Source of the DNA: Octopus sinensis | Taxonomy: Eukaryota | Direction of reading: 5' to 3' | Assembly (NCBI RefSeq): GCF_006345805.1 | Contig: NC_043001.1 | Span: forward strand, 11,346,001-11,410,000 | DNA: 64,000 nucleotides | The notes under the pieces: model-generated | Told to the model about the DNA's origin: nothing | Databases searched by the model: none | What the model saw: only the letters and a program-made list of their open reading frames with translations | Program-made: the position numbers and the translations under genes | Part shown: in pieces, positions 52,808-64,000 of the stretch | How the letters are laid out: each line of letters starts with the position of its first letter | How positions within the stretch are numbered: position 1 is the stretch's first letter

Positions 52808-53101
52808 ATCACGTGACCGACCAGACCATCAGATGTAGTTACACATCGCTGGTCACAATGCGTTCGCATTGTTTTAGCCTTCGAATGACGCCACCCCGCT
52901 GGCTAAGCAAGCAGGTCGACAGAAGAGTGGGAGAAAGAGTGGTGAAAGAGTACAGCAGGGATCACCACCATCCCCTGCCGGAGCGTCGTGGAGCTTTTAG
53001 GTGTTTTCGCTCAAAAAACACTGACAAGGCCCGGTCTGGGAATCGAAACCGCGAACCTGCGACCGCGAGTCCGCTGCCCTAACCACTAGGCCATTGCGCC
53101 T

Positions 53102-53103
<2 letters not shown>
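52800..53103 (-). mobile_element. SINE-B (head B1, tail c)
   Basis: Reverse complement of 22787-23098. Confidence 0.9.
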
Positions 53104-53156
<53 letters not shown>

Positions 53157-53412
53157 CATACATGTATAAACTTCATCATAAACCAGTATAACTAAGGTGA
53201 TGACATAATATGAATGACTTCTTAAACAGTTAAAACCTCCATTGAAGTCCTTACTGATAAATAGTGGACAGACAGCATGCAGGGTCAGTCAGCGAGGTGT
53301 TTTTGTTGTTTTTTTAAATAATTTTTGACCCTGGTTAGACGTGAGTCGCATTGTTATATATTTGTTGAAGGTCTCCCCGAGCGGGTGAACCAATGATCTT
53401 TTTTTCTTCTAT

Positions 53413-53613
53413 TTCTTTTATTTGTTTCAGTCATTTGACTGCAGCCATGCTGGAGCACCGCTTTTAGTCAAGCAAATCGACCCCAGGGTTTATTCTTTGT
53501 AAGCCTAGTACTTATTCTATCGGCCGTTTTTGCCGAACCGCTAAGTTACGGGGACGTAAACACACCAGCATCGGTTGTCAAGCGATGTTGGGGGAACAAA
53601 CACAGATACACAA

Positions 53614-53687
<74 letters not shown>

Positions 53688-53846
53688 GACGGGCTTCTTT
53701 CAGTTTCCGTAAACCAAATCCACTCACAAGGCTTCGGTCGGCCTGAGGCTATATTAGAAGACACTTGCCCAAGGTGCCATGCAGTGAGACTGAACCCGGA
53801 ACCATGTGGCTAGTAAGCAAGCTGCTTACCACACAGCCACTCCTGT
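53413..53846 (-). mobile_element. SINE-C full copy
   Basis: Both halves around (CA)n(TA)n. Confidence 0.9.
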
Positions 53847-53916
53847 ACCATCTGTTGAATGGTTAAATTACTCTTGCTGTTTTTGCCTGTTTTTGTATTT
53901 ATTTTCTTCCCCAACT

Positions 53917-54450
53917 ATGGGTGAAGTGGAGAAGAGAGGAGAGAGGAAACATGAACCAGCTGGAACTTACGCATCAGCCACAATTAAAGGAGTATCTACC
54001 AACGCCCTGGAAGTACGAGAAATTAAGATAGAGCCCAGAAAGTGGAAGGAAGGCAGTAAATTGATAGAAAGGGAAGGAGTCAGTTTGAGGCTTGCTCCAC
54101 CGGAAGAATTGACCAACAATGTGGCGAAGAGGGCAGGTATACAGGACGCTATCCACGTCGGATAAAAAGATAGAGGTTGCCCCAATAGAGGTAATAGAGT
54201 AGGGCCTCGAGGACGTAAAGAGGCTTACCGCATTTTATACGCGTGGGAGGAATTACGGCACAGTGGAGGTAAGGTTTGGCAACTAAGAGGACGCAATAAA
54301 TCACTCCACTGTGCCGATAAGGACACAGGAATGGGTACCTCTGCCGAATTACTGTGGCAAACGCGTCGCCAGAATAAGAATTGGCAGAGTGCCCCACGAG
54401 ATTAAGGAAGCATGGCTGGTGGCTGCGGTCATGAACAGAATGGAGGATGA
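53917..54450 (+). pseudogene. Possible LINE ORF1 (L1/Tx1-like) remnant
   Basis: Non-repetitive purine-rich reading frames with stops: MGEVEKRGERK..; GTVEVRF..; RVARIRIGRVPHEIKEAWLVAAV (RRM-like); family call is a guess. Confidence 0.4.
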
Positions 54451-55529
54451 AGTGAAAATCTTGAAGCGTATTGTTTCAAAGAAAATAATCTTGGAAAACG
54501 GTGCAATTAGAAATTGTAAAAATACTATGAAAAAAAGAGTCCTGTGTTCGAAGTGTGTGAAAGGTGTGTAAATCTGGCTTCATAAAGTTTGATAATGACG
54601 TGTGTTAAGGGTAATGCAAAACAAAAAAATGTAGTTAACTATTGCAATCAGTTTAAGACGTATAAGTAGAGGTCATGTATAGCGAAGTCTCATTAAGCGA
54701 CAAATAAATAAAAATGTCCTCCTATCTTTAGCGCAATGTTCCACTTTTGGAAATGAACGATTTTGTATTTTATTCTTCTAGGATTCTTGTTCCTTGTCCC
54801 AGGTCAGTCTTGATCTGGCAGAGCTAGGGTCATAGTGTTTTTGGTTCTAGCTGTCAACCTTTGATTATATGGGACTAGAGTGTTAAAGTTTCCTTTCATG
54901 TTTTATAATGACGGTAGGATATATTTTAAAAGAGATTCTTAAAATGTCGACTGGAAGGATCGTTGGCGGAATTTAACACTGCCCTTTATGTGCTGGGTTG
55001 AAATTCTGCCAAAGTCGACTTTATCTTTTATCCATTGAGGTCGTTATGATAATTATCGGTTGAAAACTGGGGTCGATGTAATCAACTTATCAATTCTTTT
55101 AAAATTGCCAGCATCGTGCCAAAGATTGAAATCATTCCGAAAGGGATTTAGCTGTTATCTATGACATATCGAGTATATTTGATGGATAGTGGATCTTGCA
55201 GTCACGTTTAATGGTTCAATCTTCCAAAGTTAATAAAATAAGCTTCGGTAACATTTATTCTCCGTGCTATTCGCTCATAATGCAGCTCCTTATATAAACG
55301 AGGTTAAGAGTTATTGCTTGGTTTCGATGTTAGGGTGTTAACAAATTGAAAACTTATTCCCATGTATATACTATAGCTGGTTACGTGATATTACCAAGCG
55401 ATCTATCACGTATTTCCAATAGCTAAGTAACGCAACAGAATGAAGAATGAGACGTTCTGTGTAGAAATAAACGTACATAAATCGAACATCAACAAGATTG
55501 TCAATAACTGATTTAATAACATCAGCCAG

Positions 55530-55985
55530 GTACTCTTCTCATGTCCAGGAGTCGGCTTGCCAAAACAATTCATTTCTCGATCTGTTGTGCTGCATACAAA
55601 CGGTCAGCTAGGCTCTTGTTTCTAGTCAATTTTCTTTTTACGTCGCTTGTCCTCAAACTCTTTGTCAGCCTTCCATTCTCTTCTCTTCAACACTTCCTGC
55701 TAAGATGGTCTTGGGAATTGTATGTCCAAAATATGATAGTTTTTTGGACTTGATTCTTGACAATTGGTGTTTTTGTACTTTCAGCTTTTCTAGTATTGCA
55801 GCATTTAGTGCCGTGTGTTTCCAGTTTATTCTGCCTAATATGTGAAGGATCCACATCAGAAAGGTATCTACATTCTTTTGCTTCGAAGGTTCTGAACTGA
55901 AGATGGCGATTGGCAGAATATAACATCTGACTTGCCTCAATTTTAAGTGCAGTGTTAGGTCTGTTGAGGGGAAGACCTTTTTCAT
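55530..55985 (-). mobile_element. RTE-like LINE 3' fragment
   Basis: KLRQVRCYILPIAIFSSE..VDTFLMWILHILGRINW..NAAILEKL..IKSKKLSYFGH. Confidence 0.8.
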
Positions 55986-56298
55986 TCTTATAAATGTTGT
56001 TTCATTTCTTTTTCGAGTAACGTCTTCACTGAAGTCTTCCCGATTTATTGATTGGCTTAAATACTTCAGGTTTTTGCTTTCTTACTTAGTCAAGCTTCTA
56101 TCTATCAACTTTAGTTCAGGAAGAAAATGCACAAGTAGATGCAACGAAGAAGAATGCAGATATCATAGTTTAATTGACACTAAAAATATCATGGAAAAAG
56201 AGAATCTGTACATTCGTTTACAGTTCAAGTGAAAGAATTAAAAAAAAAAAGAAAAAGAAAAGAGAAAGAAAATTTTGATAGTGTGGTTTTTATTTAGT

Positions 56299-56647
56299 TC
56301 CGGGTTCAAATTCCGCCGAGGTTGACTTTGCCTTTCATCCTTTCGGGGTCGATTAAATAAGTACCAGTTGCGCACTGGTGTCGATATAATCGACTCAATC
56401 CGTTTGTCTGTCCCTGTTTGTCCCCTCTGTGTTTAGCCCCTTGTGGGTAATAAAGGAACAGGTATTTCGTCTGCCGTTACGTTCTGAGTTCAAATTCCGC
56501 CGAGGTCGATTTTGCCTTTCATCCTTTCGGGGTCGGTTAAATAAGTACCAGTTACGCACTGGGGTCGATATAATCAACTTCTTAATCCGTTTGTCTGTCC
56601 TTGTTTGTCCCCTCTGTGTTTAGCCCCTTGTGGGTAGTAAAGAAATA
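56299..56647 (+). mobile_element. SINE-A, 2 units without head
   Basis: gggttcaaattccgccgagg...aaagaaata twice. Confidence 0.88.
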
Positions 56648-57029
56648 AGATGTTTCTGTGAAAATAATTAGTATAAAATGTGACGAATCATGCCAGAATG
56701 AAACTCCTTCTGGTCAGACTGACCAAACAGAAGGTCACCTTCCTGAACCTGTATTGAATTACTAGCTTATCGCAGCAAACTTAATATGCTGTTAAATTAA
56801 TATCCTTTCGATTGGAAACTGTTGAAACTAACGCCTGTTTTGCTATATATGCTTGCAATATATTTCTTTAGATGGACTTGAGACATGGTTACGTGCCACA
56901 ATTCGATATGTCTTTAAATTGAGATTCTTCAGAAAAACATCTTCAGTCTGAGGAATATTGGTTTCTAACTTTGATACAATGTCAGCTAGTTCTGCGGAGG
57001 GGTAATCCCATCACACCGACCCTAGTGCT

Positions 57030-57520
57030 CATCTGGAGCTTATGATATCGACCTCCGAAAAGATGAAAGGCAAAGACGTCGCCGAAATTTGAACTCAGAG
57101 CGTCAAGACGGACAAGCATTGAATCCGGGGTTAGGCACAAGGCCCAAAATTTTTGAAGAGGGGTCCAGTCGATTAGATCGACCACAGTATGCAACTGGTA
57201 CCTAATTTATTGACCCCGAAAGGATAAAAAGCAAAGTCGACCTCGGCGGAATTGGAACTCAGAACGTAAAGACGGACAAAATACCTATTTCTTTACTACC
57301 CACAAGGGGCTAAACACAGAGGGGACAAACAAGGACAGGCAAAGTGATTAAGTCGATTATATCGACCCCAGTACGTAACTGGTACTTAATTTATCGACCT
57401 TGAAAGGATGAAAGGCAAAGTCGACCTTGGTGGAATTTGAACTCAGAACGTAACGGCAGACGAAATAGGGCTACGCATTTCGCTCGGCATGCTAACGTAT
57501 CTGCCAGATTCGCTGCCTTA
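57030..57520 (-). mobile_element. SINE-A units and head
   Basis: Reverse-complement A bodies ending in ...gctaacgtatctgccagattcgctgcctt. Confidence 0.85.
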
Positions 57521-57743
57521 AAGGGCCCAACTCATATATTCCCATTCAGAAGGGGTTCGTTGTTATCACATAAAGGCAGACAGACCCCCAACGCCCTTAC
57601 AGGGAGAGTGAGCAAGCTTGCAAATATTTACTACTGTTTCTCTCATATTAGGAGGGATAAGTAATCTAGTTGACCTTGCGAATTACCACCAATAACGTAC
57701 AGTGTGATAATAGCTTTGTGATAATAGCTAATTTATTTAATGA

Positions 57744-58134
57744 CTAGCAGTATCGCCCGGCGGTGCTCGGGTTTGTTTCGACCCTTTAGATTTGGAATTT
57801 TTAAAAAGTAAAAATTTCCCATTATGTAGCTTGTTATTCTCTTTAAGGAACATTTTTCTGGTTGAAATACACCGAAAAATGGCGACACAACAGTCGCAAA
57901 ATCGTAAAAAATAGGGATTTTCATAGAAAAAAAAGCACCTTTTTGATGTAAATAATTTTCGGTGTTAACATGGTCCAGTTTGAATTTTTTCTTCTACGGA
58001 ATGAAGAGCAAGCCTTCTATTATACTCTCAATTTTGGTCAACTTGCACCGCAGGGTCTCGGAGGAGATAGTGTTAGTTGAAGGCTACCAAACCTGCCATA
58101 CACAGACAACTTCAGCTTTATATATATAGGGAGA
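57744..58134 (-). mobile_element. Non-autonomous Helitron H2
   Basis: a|CTAGcagtatcgcccggcggtgctcgggt at the left end; TC start at the right end. Confidence 0.88.
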
Positions 58135-58710
58135 TAAGGCTGACAAACCAGCAACTTCTGCGTTTATTCCATGAAAATCTACCTTAATTCTTAAATGCAA
58201 CTTTAATCTGTTGTTGGACTAGAGCCGCTTCAATGTAAGAGTCATAGAAACGAGCCCATGTTGCATTACATATTCCTTCTGGGGTATGAGATATCTATTA
58301 TAAATAGCTTTGTCCTTCGTTTGAATTTTAGACCAGAGTTCTTCGGAGGTTCTCCGAGACAGGGGAGAAATATATGGAAAGTGTTCACGTTGAAAAACCA
58401 GAAATTGATGACTATGGTGTGTGTGTAGGAAAGGAGAATTCGAGAAAGATAGGGTACCATGATTAGTTATGATAAGGTTGATGAGAAGAGGAGAGATAGT
58501 AAATTAGGTCGCATAACCAGAGGACATTCAGGTCCAGAAACTATTGTAGCTGTGGTAGAAAAGTACATGGTGATTCAAAAGTTTCCATACATAGGAAAAA
58601 TATATGTTTTTTATCAGAAACTGTTTATAAGATCCCCCTGATCCCCTGATCGGACCCCTCTTGATTTCTACCTTTGGGGGCATTTGAAAGGCATGGTGTA
58701 TCAATGGGGG

Positions 58711-59036
58711 GGAGCACTCCGTCGGTTACGACGACGAGGGTCCCAGCTGACAACGATCAACGGAAAAGTCTGCTCGTGAAATTAACGTGCAAGTGGCTGA
58801 GCAATCCACAGACCCGTGTACCCTTAACGTAGTTCTCGGGGAGATTCAGCGTGACACAGAGAGTGACAAGGCCGGCCCTTTGAAATACAGGTACTACTTA
58901 TTTTTGCCAGCTGAGTGGACTGGAGCAACGTAAAATAAAGTGTCTTGCTCAAGGACGCAACGCGTCGCCGGGAATCGAACTCACGACCTTACAATGGTGA
59001 GCCGAATGCCCTAACCACTAAGCCACGCGCCTTCAC
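58711..59036 (-). mobile_element. SINE-B (head B2, tail b)
   Basis: Nested in the mariner; followed by a SINE-A head (59040-59110); gcat(g/a)gtgtat repeated on both sides of the pair. Confidence 0.88.
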
Positions 59037-59315
59037 CTTATGTAACGGCAGACGAAATACGGCTACGCATTTCGCCCGGCGTGCTAACGATTCTGCCAGC
59101 TGGCCGCCTTTTTTTGCATAGTGTATATCGCTGAAAGATAAAAGACATAAATCATTTGAAGGAACGCATCACCAACTCCTTTGCACACGTATCACCAGAT
59201 GTGCTATTACGAGTTCACAGTGAGTGGGGTTAAACGTATTGCAATGTGTATTTGAAACAATGGTAACCATATAGAGCCTGTTAAATAAATAAAAAAAAGA
59301 AACTGTTCTTAGACC

Positions 59316-59541
59316 CTCTTTTACTTACTTGGTTTAGTCATTTGATTGCGGCCATGCTGGAACACTGCCTTTAGTCGAACAAATCGAACCCAGGACATAT
59401 TCTTTGCAAGCCTAGTACTTATTCTATCGGTTGCTTTTGCTGAACCGCTAAGTTACGGGGACTTAAACACACCAGCATCGGTTGTCAAGTGATGTTGGGG
59501 AAAAACACAGACCCACAAACATACACACATACACACACACA

Positions 59542-59587
<46 letters not shown>

Positions 59588-59588
59588 G

Positions 59589-59647
<59 letters not shown>

Positions 59648-59951
59648 GTATATATATGTATATATAAATATGTATAATATATATATATATATATATATAT
59701 AAAGGGAAAGTTACGAAAATAAACAAAAGACGAAGGCAGGTGGTGTACAAACAAACAGATGTATTAGTATAGCGTCGAGGAATAGAAAAAGTCTTATATA
59801 TATATACGACAGGCTTCTTTCAGTTTCCGTCTACCAAATCCAGCCCGAGGCTATAGTAGAAGGCACTTGCCCAAGATGCCACGCAGTGGGACTGAACCCG
59901 GAACTATCTGGTTCATAAGCAAGCTACTTACCACACAGCCACTCCTACGCC
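59316..59951 (-). mobile_element. SINE-C whose internal microsatellite carries a PLE-terminus-like fragment (59705-59795)
   Basis: The insert, reverse-complemented, matches the sequence just downstream of the 24.0-kb HHR (ctaatacatctgtttg). Confidence 0.8.
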
Positions 59952-60297
59952 TATATGGACTATTTCTTATAAAAAGATAAATTGTTCCTATGTATGGCGA
60001 CTTTTGAATCACTCCGTAGAATAAAGAGACCGAAGTCTGTGAGAGAGAAGTTGAAAAGCATGTTGAGTATATGTGTGTTCGGTCTTGAGCTATAGAACTC
60101 ATCGGGCCCGTTACCCAGTTACCATGGGGTTCAAACGACTGAGATCGAAACAAAACCCACGAAAAGGGACGCCAATCTGTCGCAGAATTACTCATTTAGA
60201 GCTGGGTGAACTAGAACAACGTGAGCGCAACATCCGAACCTCTAGGCTGTGCGCCTTCATGTACGGTGAGAGATATCCAGTCTATCATCTGGGTTGA

Positions 60298-60622
60298 GTG
60301 AAGGCGCATGGCTCAGTGTTTAGAGCGCAGAGCTTACGATTGCGAGGTTATGTGTTCGATTCCCGGACCGGGCTGCGTGTTGTGTTCTTGAGCAAGACAC
60401 TTTATTTCACGTTGCTCTAGTTAACTCAGCTGTGGAAACGAGTTGCGACATCACTGGTGCCAAGGTGTATCGGCCTTGGATAACATCGGTGGTGTGGAGA
60501 GGGGGAGGCCGGTATGCATGGGCGACTGCTAAGCCTTCCACAAACAATCTTGCCCTGATTTGTGACTGGGAGGGTAACTTCTAGGTGCAATCCCATGGTC
60601 ATTCATGATCGCAAGGGGGTCT
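60298..60622 (+). mobile_element. SINE-B (head B2, tail d)
   Basis: gaaggcgcatggctcagtgtt..ttcgattcccggaccggg..ttgagcaagacactttatttcacgttgctc, with a unique tail. Confidence 0.82.
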
Positions 60623-61719
60623 TCTCCTCATCAGGGTTGAATTTCTTTTTAATGTTCGTATGCGTACGATTAACATTCGCACAACTCCAGACATGCGAAC
60701 TGTATTCCATTGTAGCGTTCACTTGGGATTTCTTGAGAGGCAGCAACTATCGTGAGCTGAAGTATATTCCGAATCTGAAGCCATATGCTTCAGTTTATTT
60801 ATGTATTAATTTTTTTGGCTTAAACCATTCCACTACTCAATTTAAACTTTTAATACGCTTGGGAAAGTTGTTAGATTCAATACATCCATTTATCTTCATA
60901 CATGTCAGAAAAAACGTCACAGGAATCCACTGTAACAGCGAATTTATAATTTATTAACCTGGCACTTTCCACTCATCAGCTTGAATTGGATAGCTTCCAT
61001 CTCCCCCCCTCTCTCTCTCTGTTGCTCCCCCTCTCTCTGTTTATCATTCCCTCCCCCACGTTCTGTCTGTGTATCTGTATACAGTTCTTGATTTCTATGT
61101 TTTTCGCCTTTCCTTTCAGCGGAATGCATCATACATGCGCATGACAACGAAGAAACTCGATCTGCTAAAAACAGCGAGCGCATCATCTGCAAATCACAAC
61201 CAAGCGATAAGAAAGAAAACAAGGAGAAGAAGAGAAAAAAACAAACAAAACAAAACATGTTAAACAATGTTGTTCTTGAATAACGGTTGGTTGGCCAGAG
61301 CTGGAACGTCTTGATCATACGTTTTAAGGATCAGGGTTGATCTTGGCTCAAAAACAGCATACAAGCACTCATCATCCTATATATATATATATATATATAA
61401 TATATATATATATATATTATATATATGTATGTAATTTCAACAATTGAGGGTAATTAATTAATTAATTAATCAATTTCACCAAGTATTCAGTATGCAAAGG
61501 GACCATTTAAGGCGAATTCAAATTATTACATTATATAAAAGGGCTTAGTAAAATAAATTACTTTGCCGCATACTGAACTCATTAGAAATAGCAGCTAAAA
61601 AAACTTTTTTAAAACTATTTCTAATACTTAAAGAAAACCTCTCTCATATAGTGTTTGCTCAATTCAACTCACGAAAGTATGGGGGTAGAGACATTAAAAA
61701 ATCAAATGCAAAGGTTATT

Positions 61720-61770
61720 TGAGAACGTACGTTTCAAGTAGTCAAACTCGACATTTCTATCATCAGCTCA
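61720..61770 (-). ncRNA. Hammerhead motif, unit copy A
   Basis: Minus strand tgag CTGATGA tagaaatgtcgagtttgactactt GAAA cgtacg t t ctca. Confidence 0.55.
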
Positions 61771-62233
61771 GAACTCCCTGGTTTGGATTTGAAAACACTG
61801 AAAGTGGGAGCATACCCTTTCGGCTTCTTATCGCTTCTGAAGATCTGCTCGAAACTAACAGTGCCAGCAAACTCAAAAATGCAAGCGAAGAATTTCTGCT
61901 CTCCCCTTTCCACCAGCGTGGGTTAAAATCAGTAAACACTATGCTTTTTTCGGTAAAATCCGAGGCATTATATAGAGAGAGATGAATTATAATTTCAACA
62001 ATTGAGGGTAAAATTAATTAATTAATCAATTTCACCGAGTATTCAGTATGCAAAGGGACCATTTAAGGCGAATTCAAATTATTACATTATATAAAATTAT
62101 TACATTATATATTCTTCGCTTGCATTTTTGAGTTTGCTGGCACTGTTAGTTTCGAGCAGATCTTCAGAAGCGATAAGAAGCCGAAAGGGTATGCTCCCAC
62201 TTTCAGTGTTTTCAAATCCAAACCAGGGAGTTC

Positions 62234-62287
62234 TGAGCTGATGATGAGAAATGTCGAGTTTGACTAATCTTGAAACGTACGTTCTCA
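62234..62287 (+). ncRNA. Hammerhead motif, unit copy C
   Basis: tgag CTGATGA t GAGA aat gtc gagttt gac taa TCTT GAAA cgtacg t t ctca; stem I tgag/ctca, palindromic ACGTACGT stem III, GUU site. Confidence 0.68.
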
Positions 62288-62787
62288 ATAACCTTTGCAT
62301 TTGATTTTTTAATGTCTCTACCCCCATACTTTCGTGAGTTGAATTGAGCAAACACTATATGAGAGAGGTTTTCTTAAGTATTAGAAATAGTTTTAAAAAA
62401 GTTTTTTTAGCTGCTATTTCTAATGAGTTCAGTATGCGGCAAAGTAATTTATTTTACTAAGCCCTTTTATATAATGTAATAATTTGAATTCGCCTTAAAT
62501 GGTCCCTTTGCATACTGAATACTTGGTGAAATTGATTAATTATTAATTTTACCCTCAATTGTTGAAATTATAATTCATCTCTCTCTATATAATGCCTCGG
62601 ATTTACCGAAAAAAGCATAGTGTTTACTGATTTTAACCCACGCTGGTGGAAAGGGGAGAGCAGAAATTCTTCGCTTGCATTTTTGAGTTTGCTGGCACTG
62701 TTAGTTTCGAGCAGATCTTCAGAAGCGATAAGAAGCCGAAGGGTATGCTCCCACTTTCAGTGTTTTCAAATCCAAACCAGGGAGTTC

Positions 62788-62840
62788 TGAGCTGATGATA
62801 GAAATGTCGAGTTTGACTAATCTTGAAACGTACGTTCTCA
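62788..62840 (+). ncRNA. Hammerhead motif, unit copy D
   Basis: As copy C but t-AGA..TCT-t at the base of stem II; 554 nt downstream of copy C. Confidence 0.6.
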
Positions 62841-63077
62841 AATAACCTTTGCATTTGATTTTTTAATGTCTCTACCCCCATACTTTCGTGAGTTGAATTG
62901 AGCAAACACTATATGAGAGAGGTTTTCTTTAAGTATTAGAAATAGTTTTAAAAAAGTTTTTTTAGCTGCTATTTCTAATGAGTTCAGTATGCGGCAAAGT
63001 AATTTATTTTACTAAGCCCTTTTATATAATATATATGTATGTATATATATATATATATGTGTGTGTGTGTATGTATA

Positions 63078-63950
63078 TACTTTGATACTTTGATACTTTG
63101 ATAGGTTTCGGCCATTATTGGCCCAGGCCATGTCTAACTTAATAGCACCACCTGGTGAAGTCTTTCAAGTCAGAATTTGGGCACTATGGCCCACTCAAGT
63201 AGAGAGTTATTGTTTACAGAGACATATCCGGGTGTAGGAATTTTATCCGGGATTTCTTGAAGGAATCTGTCCAAAGACTTCTTGAACCCTATAGGGTCAG
63301 TTTCTGTTTTAATGTGTTTTAGTGTAACGTTAGAGAGCGGGGCCAATTGAGGTGAAATAATTGTGCCGTATTGTTGTTATGAGATGAGAGTGCGATTTTT
63401 GTTTTGGGCGGATGGCACGGGGCCCAAGCCTTGGATGTACCCTGAAGGTGATGCCAACATCATTTGGGCAATGCTGATGGAATATTTTCCACCTCATGCA
63501 GATGATGTAGCGCTCACGACGACGTTGGAGAGAATAAAGTTTTAGCTTTTCTAGTCGACCCCAATAGTCAAGGCCTGTCATGCCATCTATCTTTTTTCTG
63601 ATTGCCCTTTGAGGTGCTTCAACTTTTATGATACCTTGTATTGTGTGGGGAGACCACAGTGGACAACAGTATTCAAGGTGGGGTCGGGCAAAAGTGGAGA
63701 AGAGAAGGATAATGGTGTGGATATCTCTCGACTGGAAAGTTCTGAGAATCCAGGAACACATTCTGCGGGCCATGTCAACTTTGGTGTTTATGTGAGTGGC
63801 CCAGCTTATGTTGTTGTCCACAATTACTCCCAAGTCTCTGATGTTGTTGGATGCTGCGAGAGATTCACCTGAAGGAAGGGAGTATGGGAGTTTCAGGGCA
63901 TCCTCTTTTCCAAAGTGGATTAACTCAAATTTATCCTCGTTCAGCAGCAT
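63078..63950 (-). mobile_element. 5'-truncated CR1-like LINE (ORF2 C-terminus, 3' UTR, 8-bp tail repeat)
   Basis: LNEDKFELIHFG..RDLGVIVDNNISWATHI..ILRTF..RPHLEYCCPLWSPH..RLEKLKLYSLQRRRER; ends in (atcaaagt)3. Confidence 0.92.
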
Positions 63951-64000
63951 ATGTATATATGTATATATATATATGTAGTATATATATATATATATATATG

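Larger units (their letters stand above)
58564..60018 (+). mobile_element. Internally deleted rosa/DD41D-like mariner carrying nested SINEs
   Basis: TIRs tacatggtgattcaaaagtttccatacatagg / cctatgtatggcgacttttgaatcactccgta; SPDRTPLDFYLWGHLKGMVY (58640-58700) resumes as KIKDINHLKERITNSFAHVSPDVLLRVHSEW..CI*NNGNHIE (59135-59285). Confidence 0.85.
61433..63030. mobile_element. 558-bp HHR-bearing unit in tandem and inverted arrangement (PLE pseudo-LTR / retrozyme-like)
   Basis: Forward unit 61433-61990, partial forward 61991-62095, inverted 62111-62570 and 62571-63030; near-identical copies; (TA)n flanks. Confidence 0.88.

Noticed and set aside
61838-61862. CTGAAGA-tctgctc-GAAAC inside the 558-bp unit
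   Set aside because: No stem II or stem I can be formed.
61719-61985. Repeated 83-90 aa ORFs in the 558-bp unit
   Set aside because: They differ by frameshifts among near-identical copies and have no recognisable domain.

Overview
AT-rich, extremely repeat-dense eukaryotic non-coding DNA. The SINE and microsatellite make-up suggests an octopus/cephalopod genome; this is inference from remembered repeat families, not a search. I find no intact host gene, rRNA, bona fide tRNA or CRISPR array, and most ORFs in the track are translations of microsatellites. The window holds three tRNA-derived SINE groups (called A, B, C here), decayed LINE pieces (CR1-like, RTE-like, R4/Dong-like, HERO-like, possibly L1-like), internally deleted Tc1/mariner elements, non-autonomous Helitrons, a Penelope-like (PLE) endonuclease remnant and many fold-back palindromes. 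The most notable signal is a set of minimal type-I hammerhead ribozyme (HHR) motifs, read by eye, in several unrelated repeats. These are (i) a dispersed palindromic element with a tRNA-like 40-bp hairpin centre and HHR arms (1.6-2.1 kb, 13.0-13.5 kb), (ii) a fold-back with two back-to-back cores carrying a U3:A8 covariation (28.4-28.7 kb), (iii) a young 558-bp tandem/inverted unit with one HHR per unit (61.4-63.0 kb), and (iv) solitary motifs at about 24.0, 34.1, 45.0 and 50.6 kb. All ribozyme calls are sequence/structure matches only; activity is untested. Coordinates were counted by hand and may be off by a few bases.
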